Positions 1 through 12,579 of a stretch of 64,000 nt of DNA are shown piece by piece. Positions within the stretch are counted from its first letter, which is position 1. Each line of letters opens with the position of its first letter. Source of the DNA: Bugula neritina (lineage: Eukaryota; Animalia; Bryozoa). The position numbers and the translations under genes are program-made. The DNA lies in contig OZ037771.1 of NCBI GenBank assembly GCA_964035545.1, forward strand, positions 8,921,408 through 8,985,407. The letters run 5' to 3'. The notes beneath the pieces are model-generated. The model was not told the origin of the DNA, did not search any database, and saw nothing but the letters and a program-made list of their open reading frames with translations.

Positions 1-1780
1 GCTGCAATGGCAGTGGCCACACTAAACTCACCAGTTTTATTAAAATATCTTATGTAAGGCACTTAAATACACTAGCTTAGTCTGTTAGTATGTAGAGCAG
101 TAACACAGTTACAGCAGTCACATCACCCCTCTCTATCTTGTCTACCAAGTACAGAGGTTGCAAAAATGATAATCATTTCATGATTTAGTTTTAAATCAAT
201 GCATATTACTGAATACCACAGCATAGTTAAGGTCATCCCCAGTGAAATATCATCTTATAATCTAGTCTCAGTTCCTAGTTGCTATTGCTCTGTGGGCGGC
301 ATGCGTATTGCCTACTTGTCATAATTTAGCATGAGATATAACAATTGCCAACAGACCATGAAATTAGCTAGGGCTGCACCTGTTCGTATTACAACCATCG
401 CTACAATCTATTGAGCAAGTATGTGGTCATGGCAAGCCTCAGCATCACCTCATTATTATTATTACAAGAGACCAGTGGTTTGTTTCATGTGCAATGTACT
501 TGATGTACAAAGGAAGATAATTTTTGTAACTTCTTTTTCAACTAACTATGTAAAACTCTTTCAGATTCTGGAAGCAAGCTAAATGCTAAAGCTAATTCAA
601 TATTTATCCATTTGCCTAGTCTAATAAAGTTGTTAATAATTACAGGCTTGACTACAACTTGACAAATAATTTAGAGATGCTCTTCTCTCAAAGCATACTG
701 TTTTTAGGTTTGACTAATAATCTATCTGTTCACTACCATTGACTAACTTGAAGTCAAAATTACCTTCATCATTAAAATTCTCTTCTAGTTGCAAAAACAC
801 TTCTCATTGCTAAACTATTACAATCAGTTACAGACTCTGCACAATAGCTTAGAATAGTAAAGAGACTTGCATATAGGTCAGATAGTCATGTGTGAGATTT
901 TGTTGGTAGCTGTAATGATCAGATTTGCAGAATTTTGTGTGGCCACTTTGAGTTTAGATGGTTTTGGTAAAGGATTTGATTGCTGCAAGTTTCTAATATA
1001 GCTAGTAGGTACTTTTGTGGTCCCATTGTACATTATTATAAGCATTAATCAACACTTATTGAAGTGAGTTGGAACTTGGAACTATATAAAAGGTTAGACT
1101 GTGAGCCTGTGCTTTAAATATATTATATTTGCTCTCTGTTGTATACAGTCTAAACTTTAAAAGGTCCAATCAACCTTAAATTGCTTCTAGCTAAATGTCT
1201 AAAAATTGGCTATGAGCTGTATCTTGTTGCCTTGCACTGAGAAATAAATTTGAGGCCAGCAAACAACTGGGCTCCTTTTGTACACCTGGCAGCTACTATC
1301 AATAGTTGGTTATCATAGCTGCGCAGTGTTCACTCAAGCATGATATCATTGGCTTGCTGTATACCAACTCAGAGCCAAGATTATCAACTATTTTATGTTT
1401 CTAAATTTAGCATCTAATAGAAAAAGCTGCGTCTAGTTAGACTGACTGACGCTATGCTTGCCTGAGTGAAACACCCAAGATGAACAGTTTTAATCTTAGC
1501 TAGGCAAGAATTGAGAATTTGAAGAGAAAACCTCCTTAAAATAAAAGAAGATGTCCAGTGAATTCAGTTTTGTTTCTGGCCGATAGGTGTCAGTTAATCA
1601 GCTCAGATATAACTAGCAATGCATTTTCCATTATTCTGATGCTGCAGTTATAATATTCCATAACAAGAATTGACTTAATAATTTAGGAATATGCAACAAA
1701 TCAACCAGTTTTATTCAAGTTAACACCAGATAGCCATTGCTAAAGATCAAAACCAAAATCAGTGTGGATTTTCAAACATA

Positions 1781-1827
<47 letters not shown>

Positions 1828-4800
1828 GTATGATCAGGCATAGAAGTAGCAAGTTCAATAAATAATGCAAACATGCAGAAGGTGTAACAGCTAGCTGTGT
1901 ACTTTTGTGAAGGAATAAGTCGGGGCTTTTTTATAGCAATACATCCTATAAGTATCTTACAAACATGGGGGAAATAATATGTTAGTTCTCTAATTACTTT
2001 TCTTAAACATACATTACAATATTGAATGTCAAAACCGATTTTGTAAAAAAGCATAATCTATAAAAATTCAAGCTGCAAAAGCCCAACTAAAAGGCACATT
2101 GCTCGGGTGATTAGTCCTGTCAATTATTAATAATTTTAGTTTTTATATCCGTTGATAAAGTGTCCTATTTTTGCAGGTAGAGTCTTGATATATAGGTGTC
2201 AGTTGTAGAGTATTATGCTTTTTAAACATAAAAATATATCGTCTTGCAAGAGTAGAGAATCTAAAAATCCTAAGAGCTGATGCTGATATAATAGAAAGGA
2301 TGTCCTGAGCACACATGCTATAGCATTTCTTTGACAAAACCTAATCATCTAGTAGCCCACTTGTTTTTGGAACTCAATCTAAAAATATAAATAGCAGTTT
2401 TCTCAATACATTGAAAAGTAATTTGCAACATTTTGAATTTGAATTAAATTGTTCATACACCACAGTTAGTACTAGAGTAGGCTAATTTCTATATTCTGTA
2501 AAATCTACCTATACTGTAATCAGATCAAAGCTGCCAGCTGATAACTTTTTAAAAAACACAGCTCATGATTAAAATTACTATTAGGTTGGATGCTCCCTTG
2601 AAATTGTATTTTTTAAATAATTTTTTAGTAGATATGATTGCCGTGATGACTCCAATTATTTTGAAACATATGCTTATAATGTATTTTAAGTTGGTCACTC
2701 ACAGTAAATGTAGTTTGGTATGCAAGTAGTAGTACAATGAGAGTTACTAAACAGAAGATTTTTAGTGCAAAACTATATTTTCTATGTGCCTACTCAACTA
2801 CAATACTCTAAATAATTGGAGAAAAAAGTGAGTCAATAATAAATTTGGCCATTTTTCTTACATAATGATGAAATGAACTCTGACAATTTTGATCTAGTCT
2901 TACAGTCTTACTGTCTTAGTAATAGTTCTACCATCAATGCATTCTTATTATACTATGCCTTTTTTATGAATATAAAACTCAATTTTGAAATTTAGTTATA
3001 CTGTGCAATGCTATAATAATAATAATAATAACAATATGAATATGAATATAATATTAATAATAGATATAATACGCAGTATAGGTCTACTGTAATACTATAA
3101 TAGTAATAGTACAACTATACAAATCCTATAAAATTAATTAAAAATAAATATATTATTGCTTGAAAGCAATATGAAATATGCGAATTTGCTGAAGGAAGCA
3201 GTGGTACTCACTTACCCTTGAAGTTAAACTCTTAAAGTTAATCAAAGTACACTCTTTCATCCTAGGTTTGAGAGGTAAAAGACATTTTTCACTCCATTTT
3301 GAAATGATATTCCCACCGCCAGTTGGCAAGTTCACTTCACAGATTGCGTTTTAACATCGAATTTTTTATTTACCGAGCTAGCTTTTACTAGTAACATATC
3401 CAATCGGGCAAGATAAGTAACGCTTACAGCTGCGTATGATATTATGCAGAGCAGTTTGTTTGAGGACAGTGCACTGCAACTGCGGAATTACTAAGGAAGG
3501 TTTGGGGGGGGGTGAATGTGAATTATAAACGTTCTATGTGCTTTTTTGAAAGCATTATGATAGCATACGCTTTAGTCATTTATATGTAAAATAAAACTTA
3601 TTGTTTTATAAATTATAATTTACTTATTTATTTATTTTACTATTGTTTTAAAAACTTGATAAAACTTTGAACACCCCCTCATAATACCACAACCGCACTC
3701 CACTCCTTTTGTTATAACCTAATTAGATTAGAAGTCACATCTTCAATACAAACAAGCTATTCCGATGTCTGCTGCTGGCATTAGCTTGAAACTGCAGTGA
3801 AGCTTTTATAACTGAGCTAGTAGGCTGAAAGTGCACTACCTATAGTTAGCTACCAATGTTATGAATTGGTGTAAGCAGTAAAGGAAATGAGTAGTATATA
3901 TGTGTACAGAAACTTGTGCTCAAATGCTTATAGAACCCCATAGTTACGGTTATTTGAGATTCAGTCAAGTCCAACAGAAATTGTGAAATTAAATACCCAT
4001 TTATATTACATCATACTGAATCTGGTCACAGAATTGGCTATTTAAAGCTAATTTTAATTAAAACCATATTGCAATATAAAATAACCTGCCTAAGTTGCTC
4101 CTTATTGACGAGTAGTCTAGTTGGGCATTTAAGTTCAAAACATGAGCTCATTTCAGCTAAAAATAGCAGCACCTTGTTACTGCCTATGAATGGCTTGCAT
4201 GCATGGTCACTGCCAGAGCCATTAGCAAAATGGCTTACTGCTATTGCAAGTCTGCTACATATAAGCCTCCTACGTGCAAGCACTATTTATCAATCAGAAA
4301 CTACTTATGTAATTGTAAGCTACCAGAATTTTAATACCATAATATTATAAAAAAAGTTGTCTGGTAGGTGCGATATAAGCAGAAAAGCTAAAACAGCCTA
4401 AATTCTTAAAAAATTTTAAGGAATTCTAATTTGGTAACATGTCGGAATTCTCCCTAAACTTCTTAAGCTGCATCTCACCGCCTGTAATAGGCCCAACAAT
4501 ACGAAATGCAGGGTTTAAGTTCTCAATACCCTCATCACTGCACATACCTCATACTTATTATACTTAGCTGATAACACTTTACTACTATTGTTGAAAGAAA
4601 GTTATGCAATTACTATTCAATTGACTAAAAATTCTCTCCAACAATTTTGTAGATTCTGAAAACAAAGTTAATGTTTTAAAATAACAATACAGTGAGTTTG
4701 GTTACAGATATATTATTAGTATAATTTAGATTACTCTACAGAACAACAAATTTGCATTGAAATCACACACAAAAGGCATAAAATTTAGTGGCCCTAACTC

Positions 4801-5704
4801 TCACTAGCATCCTAAGATGTCTGGGTTATCATACAGGCTGCATTACTAAACTGCTTTGCACTAGAAAGAAACAAGTCAAAGCAAGAAATGTACGCAGGCT
4901 TCAGAAACCGCTTCATATAAATACAACTGAAATCTAGATTCAGGGTGGATTGCGCATTGTACAGCCTCGTGTCTATAGGCAGTACAACAATATTGCAGCC
5001 ACCAAGATTCCAACTACTAGCTACTAAAATAATATAATAACCAGCCTCATACTGCCTTTTACCCATACCACAGTTTACTGCAGAGATGAACTTTAACCCT
5101 TTGGTTTAGCGCGCACAACATGAATCGTAGGCCGCATGAGCTCCCTGTAATCATTATGATGGCTACAATGCAGCGCAGCTCTAGCGTGTTCAGCCAAGCG
5201 TGCAGACTGAGCGATATGTAAAATTTTTAATAAAATCAGTGTATAAATTACACGTTTACACCAATTCTATTGAGGTTATCTAAAAACTTTGAAAAGCCTC
5301 TAATACACAAATATCTTATAACACTATATTCCAATTTTTGCAGAGATATGTTGCTTGGGAATTGAATAATTCGTGGGGCACTGAGACCATGTTTTTTTAT
5401 GCGAAAATGGGCAATTTTTGACTGTTTTTGGAGCATAAAAATGCAACGAGTTGGGTAGGTGAAAATTTTAAAAAAGCCTCTAATAGAGCAGCAAAATATT
5501 TACAAGATGGTTTTTGAATTTTTATTCTAGCCTCAAAATTAGTCGAGTTATGAGTGGGGCACTGTTTCATATATAATTATAATGGAGCAATGAAATTACT
5601 GATTCAGTAGAAGGATGACCTTAATCAAGCTGTGACATTCTCATAGTCTGATTATTTTGCGCTTCAGTTTACTTTAATGTGATAATTTAAAAAATTGCTT
5701 CACA

Positions 5705-7390
5705 TGCATATTACAAATGCATGAACCTACGCTAACCATAAATTATTTGCTTGTGTACTCACTACTGTTTTATTTTAAATTTATATAGCAGTAGCTTTTT
5801 TAATCAATCACATATTAATCTGCAAGAGTTTAATTGCACAGATAATGTAGACATTTTGTATAAAAATTAGTATTAACATGTAATGCCTTGCATGTGGGTC
5901 TATATTGCCAGTTGGTATCATCACCTATAATACCATGTTGATAACCCTTTCTTGTATACGATTTACTTAGCGAAACAGCATGATTATCTTACAAATGTAA
6001 TGACATCAGCCGTGGGACAATATAGTCTAGAATCTAGACTCTAGATTCTTTTAACTGTGAAGTAATCAGCCTCAACCCATTGCTGGATGAAGTGCCTACA
6101 CTTAGCTGTGAAGCTACTGCAATAACATCAACAATTTTACTAATGAGTTTTCAATACATGTTTTAGTCAGTTGGGTAAAATACAAAGGTTCTCTGGTATA
6201 TGCTAGAATAAATGATGATTAAACATTGGATTTGATGAACATTTTTTCATGTTGTGTGATGCAACATGATAGTTACAGAGAAAACGCTGATCCCACTAAA
6301 ACTGTAATGAAGGCATTATATTTCAACACTGACTGCATACAACATTGTTACCAACAGAATATTATCCATATATGAGTTTGTATTTTGCAAAATAAGCATC
6401 GAGTCTGAGCTGCCATTTTCTTTCACCCAAAAACCATTAATATCAGACTTTAGCTTACAAAGCATAGTGGTATAGCACATGCATATACAATAGCACACCA
6501 AAAAAATATTATTAAGTGCTACACTTTATTGGTTACCAAGGGTGGCTGCAGAAAGCAGAGCAGACTATTATAATCTTTTCTAAAAGAGGTGCAAACAGTA
6601 AGCTTACACCTCCAGGACTATTTAGGATATCAAGTCCTTTATGGGTTGATTGCTCTTTTAACCTGGATTCTAAGAATAGCAATTAATTTAGTTTAGAGTT
6701 ACTGCATTCTAGTCAGTTGAAAATGGCCTTTCTTTCCAGGTGGCATGGCCAGGAAATAAGTAAATACTGTAAGAGGATCGCCATGTAGTAGAAATAGGTG
6801 TGCTCCGGAAGCACTATAGTGAAGTTTTAATGGCTGGCATATGGTATTGGATACTAGCCCTCAGAATGTTTTTGTCATCTTCCTGCCTCAATGGTGGTTG
6901 ATGATTACTTTGAGTGAGGAAAAACATGTATTGAAAACTCATTAGTATAGCTTCAGAGCTAGGTGCAGATATTTCCTCGAACAATGACTTGAGACTGAGA
7001 AGCTCACGTTAAATATCACTTAAAATGAAGCAAGCTGCTAACAAAATTACTTCATAGTTGAAAAAACTGGACTATATTGTCCTATGGCTGATGGCATTGC
7101 ATTTGTGGGATAAACATGCTGTTTCACTAAGGAAATCATGTACAAATTGGTGATGATACCAAGTAACAGTATAGACTAGCATGCCAAGCACTACAGGTTA
7201 AAGCTCATTTTTATATAAATCGTCTATGTTTTCTGTTGCTAAAAGCTGTGCATTTTAACTCCTGCAAATAAATATGCAACCAAGTCAAAAAAATTACTGT
7301 TGTAATTTTTTTAAGTAAAATAATGGTGGGCACATAAGCAACTATAATTTATGCTTAGCACATGCTTATACATGTGTTTGTCAGTGTGCT
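5705..7390. repeat. Long imperfect inverted repeat pair (arms about 5705-6165 and 6920-7390)
   Basis: For example tactaatgagttttcaatacatgtttt (near 6138-6164) is the reverse complement of aaaacatgtattgaaaactcattagta (6921-6947); gapped alignment continues over about 460 bp. Confidence 0.75.
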
Positions 7391-8891
7391 GTAAATATAT
7401 GCTAGTGATGATAAATATGGTGCAGCACTGCCATTACAGTTCGCTGACTGTGCTATGCTATTGCTACTGTTTTGCAATAGTAACAACAGTGTTTGATTCG
7501 CTGCACCTAAACAGTGTCTACCTTCGATGAAATCACCTAAGTTATATAGCTGCCTATGGTTTATTACAAACCAAGTCAGAAAACTGGCATAGCAATATAA
7601 GCCAAAACAGATTTCGCAATACTAATAATTTCCCCATACACTGAAGTGTTGTAGATGACTACAGCGTGATCAGATTATAAAACTCAACCAAAAAAGGGGT
7701 GTGTACCAACTCTAAAATATCACCACTATAACTTATATAAAACTCTACATTTTCAAATGCAAATGAATTATTAGGCCAATCAGATACAATCATTAGCTGG
7801 TCATGTAGAGTCCAGCCAATCAGAATTGTATAAAGTTGCAGCCAGCCAGCGTGCTACTCATCTGCCAAAAACAACCAACCAATTTACCACTATGTCGATG
7901 AAAATGTCATTAAATGTGTTTTGCCAAAACAGCTGGGGTTGTGGTCAAACTGCTCCAGGGTAATTTTTCAGGAATACATTCTTTAAATGCATTTTTTAAG
8001 CACTTAATTTAAACATTTTGAAAAATGAACTCATGATTCATAAATTTAAGATATGAAATAAAATAATGCATGTAATAAAAGTTGCACAGCTATTTCCTAG
8101 AAGTATGCATTTTGCATTTGAACTTGCAGAAGTTTATATAAGTTATAGTGGTGAGTATCTAGAATTGGTTCAAGGTACTAAATGTACCAATCTTACATGG
8201 TCTATTGGTCTCACTGTGCTAAATACCAATAGAAATAGAAATCATGGGGATATCACGTTTTTTATGTTTTTATTATTCGTTTCTTTTCACCTTGTGTTAA
8301 AAAGACAGAACTAAGATTTATATGTTCAGGACTTCTTTTGAAAGAATATATAATGAAATAGAAAGTAGACAACTCTGCCGTAAAACTGAGCTAATAAAAT
8401 AAAATATTATTTCAAGAAAAATGCGTAATCAAGTGACAGCAGGAAGTTCCCTTACAGCAGACTCTCTGTGAGTTAGCAATAAAAGACCTTATCTGCACAA
8501 GGAATTACTGTTAGATAACACAAATACTTTAGATTTAGCAAATATCTAAGAATGTGAGATTAATTATAACAAACAGTTGCACAACTTATCTGAATAGATA
8601 TATACTCTATTATATATACATCACACATGTACATTACAAATTATCGCAATCAGAAAATAAAAGCTCCTCAAAATCAGCATAATTTATAATTTAGTATTTA
8701 TAAAATGAAAATCATTTTGGTGAATCTACTGGTACATTATATATTTCAAGAATAAATATAATTTTGCAAGTTCATCTGCATGCAAATCATACAGCAATTA
8801 AAAGTCTAGCAATAGGCACCCCAAAGATAAAATATAAAATGGATAACCCAGAATACCATACTTGACCTGCTAGTTAGGAGTACTGCTCTGT

Positions 8892-11800
8892 TCAGACTAT
8901 AATATTATTGGAAATAAGTGGTGCTCTGTCACCTTCAACCAGCTGTGGCTGAAACACTGAGTCATCGGTAGCATCTACCTCCCCATGCGTAGCTGCTGAC
9001 GGCACATCAGCAGATGGTTGTGAAATAGCGGGCAGTGGTGATGCAGCGGAAGAACTTAGCATTAGATCGGTTGTCCGGCTGTGGGGATACGGGTTTAGGG
9101 AATGTCCTGCATCATGGCGCTCCTGAGGACAGTTCCTGGAAACCTTAAAGACAACAAGAAACTTTAAAAAGTCAAGTTAAGTGACAGTATTCGTCATTCC
9201 ACCTTCATTCCAGCTTCTCTCACTCAGTTAAATCATGCATTGACTGTTTAGGTTTATTTCATTTTGAAAACACAGCTAAACAACGCCATGATATTAGCTG
9301 ATTCAAAGACATGCAAAGTCATATCATGTGTGTAAGTGAGCCATTATTATGAATTAATTCAACACAAGTAAGTACAAAACTTATAATTAAACTAATATGC
9401 TTGTGCACTACCCTGAAGTTGTATTTAGCTGATAGTCAAGATATATATCAATAATTCAACGCTGCATAAATGTAACGTGCCAGGATTTTTTCAAATTTGA
9501 TTTTTTATTTATACATAATATTTGTCACAACTACTAGCTATTAGTGTTACGGTAGAAGTCCCATGATACACACCTGCACCAAAATATTGGGCCGCAAATC
9601 ATTTTCAGTATCAGACACCTCATCACTGGAAGAAGCAAATGGGTTTTCTTCATACCCCAACCTCCTATGAGATGACCTTTGATCAGCTCTGTTAGTATAA
9701 GCAGAGTTTGATGTGTGTCCTTCTGCAAATCACACCTGATTTTTAGCCATAGTTTTTACAAACTAATAAGACAAGTATGCCAGGTTATTTAGTGTGACAC
9801 TTGGTTTGTAAGACTGAAGCAGACGCACCTGTTGCACCATACGGTCTGCCACCACCGACGGCACCCAGACCCTCGGAAGGCGGTACTCTACTGGCACCAG
9901 CAGGAGGAGGAAGTAGTGGCGTCCTCTCAGAGGAAACTGGGTCACCAGAACCTTCATCTGAGTCAGAGGAGTTGGAGGAACGCCTGCGCCCCCTGCGAGC
10001 TGCTCTGGGTATGACTCTCCTCTTGCACACTGGGCACGTCTTCTTGTTCTTCAAGAGCCAGGGGTCAATGCACTTCTGGTGGTAAGCTAGAATCACAATG
10101 CAAAAGAACATGGCATGATAATCTTCAACAGACTACAGACATGTGAGCCTGAAGCTTTCAGACAAATATTATTCACTTATTACAGGGAGAAGACTTGGCA
10201 GTTGGAAAATACGACCTGTTTTCTTTATAATTCTAAATGAAAAAATGGATAAAGTTATTAAGAAAAGACAAGACTTGTAATTGAAACAAACCTATGCTAT
10301 TTACGATCAAGTTTTACAAGTTGCCAGCGCAGATTCAGTGAAAATACAACTACAAAAATAGACAAGCGACAAGCACACAGTAGACAGATGTGTTGTGCAG
10401 CATTTTACTGAGTATCAGGGAGCAGCTCAACATCTTATGAAATCTATAGAATTGCTGCTCGAACCAACCACCACTTCGTGGTGAAAACAGTTTACAAGAC
10501 TTACATTAAAATCTCTTCGACTAGTCTAATTGATTCTGAGAATACAATACCACTAACTGTGAGCACTGAGATAATAGCTGTAAGCACTGTTGTTTTCAAT
10601 TTATTGCTTCTAATAGTAAATATAGAAAGAAAAAAAAGAAAAATCTTGAGCTAAGCTAAGGAAAAAAATGAGTACAAAAAGAAGCAAAGGGGTACTGTCC
10701 GATAGCTTGAAGCTAGTAAGGAGACAGCCCGGCTTTCTATAGAATACGAAAAACCCCTGCCCAATCAATACAGCAAGAAGGCCCTATTCGTACCAGCAGC
10801 ACCATACTCCGCCCATAGACGGTCTGCTAACCTTGACTTCACCATCTCAGAAGTCATGCTCTCAAAATCATATAAATATTTATTAAACAACTTGGCAGCT
10901 TCAAATAACATAGACCTTTGCCCTTTGTTTTAAATTTAATAGTTTTAATTGCATTGCTGAATTTCAATCTTGTCTCATAATTATGATCTATGGACAGCCC
11001 TGAGTTACTAACTGTGAGTACTGAGTTACTAACTGTAAGTACTGAGATACTAACTGTAAGTACTGAGTTACCAACTGTGAGGACTGAGATACTAACTATA
11101 AGTACTGAGTTACTAACTGTAAGTACTGAGATACTAACTGTGAGTACTGAGATACTAAGTGTAAGTACTGAGATACTAAGTGTAAGTACTGATATACTAA
11201 CTGTAAGTACTGAGTTACTAACTGTAAGTACTGAGTTACTAACTGCGATTACTGAGTTACTAAGTGTAAGTACCGAGATACTAAGTGTAAGTACTGAGTT
11301 ATTAAGTGTAAGTACTGAGATACTAACTGTAAGTACTGAGATACTAACTGTAAGTACTGAGATACTAACTGTAAGTTCTGAGTTACTAACTGTGAGTACT
11401 GAAATACTAACTGTGATTGCAAGGAAGTAAGCGTATCTTTTCTCCCACTTCATAATCCTCTAAGCATATTGCGCAGCAATCATATTGGTCATCAGCCTTG
11501 TATTTAACCAGTGGCAACTTCTTCAGCTGCTTCTTTGATATCCTTGACCTTTGCTTTCTACGTATAGCCTGACACCACCGAACAACCTGTCATTACATAT
11601 CAAAGACTGCATCTAAATGAAGCATTTATATTTTAAAAGTAGAGCCACCACCAACTGCATTAAGAGAGGATCCAGCTTTGTTAGCAAGTTTAACTCATCA
11701 GCGAGATCTGACTCACTTGCCCGCGCAGTGGAAGTTGATGCTGGTTATATACATGTTATGCATTCGAGAGCAGCCGTGGTCTAGGGGTTAGAGCGTTTGC

Positions 11801-12539
11801 CTAGTAAGCATGAAGTCATGGGTTCGAGCCCCGACATAGGCCATTGGTGATGCTAGGAACAGCATCCAGTCATAATTGCTCCTGTGCCCCATCTGAATAA
11901 GTCCTTAGCCCAAATTTAACAAAAAAAACCTTTCCCCCAGAGGTTCTCACATAATAGTGACTATAAGCTTGTGTGAGTTTTTATATACATGTTATGGATT
12001 CAACAGAATATCTGTTACAGCACACAAATGAGCTGATGAATATTCAATCATAGTGATACTAGACCCTCAGGTGTCAAGCTCAATAACGGCCAATTTACTA
12101 TTTACACCTAATTCGTTCACCAGCTACACAGCTAGTTCTCTCACTGGTGAGAAGGGGGGGGGGGTGAACATGCCTAGAATGATGAAACCAGTCTAAGAAA
12201 AAAACTCTAAACTCTAAATTACTTATTTAAATAATGTATACAATTTTTATTCCTATATAAATATTTTAGTGACATAGCATCAACAGCTGCTGTTTATATA
12301 TATTCACACTTGTTTCATGGAAGTGGACACAGTATACTGAATATTGTGTGTAGCTCACTTAGCATCAGTTGGTAAGAAGGGAATTGGGACTTACCATCAC
12401 CACAATGGCTATCAGTAGTACCCCAACAAAGGAGAAAGCCATGGGTATGAGGATCTTGTATGGGTCAAGGTTATCCACTCCCGGGAGTGGTTGAATCTCG
12501 GCTGATGTGCTGCAGAGATACAATACATATATACAATAT

Positions 12540-12579
<40 letters not shown>

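Noticed and set aside
5093-5125. TTAA-CCC piggyBac-like terminus, with a similar motif at 47124-47152
   Set aside because: No matching opposite terminus or transposase found, so not enough to call an element.
10854-11453. 199-aa and 146-aa heptad-repeat ORFs (VLTVSIS / TELLTVS)
   Set aside because: Translations of the 21-bp intronic minisatellite; the first overlaps the RNF13 exon out of frame.
11670-11715. Minus-strand CTGATGA followed by a GTTA/TAAC hairpin (hammerhead-like)
   Set aside because: Lacks the conserved GAAA and a proper stem I and III.
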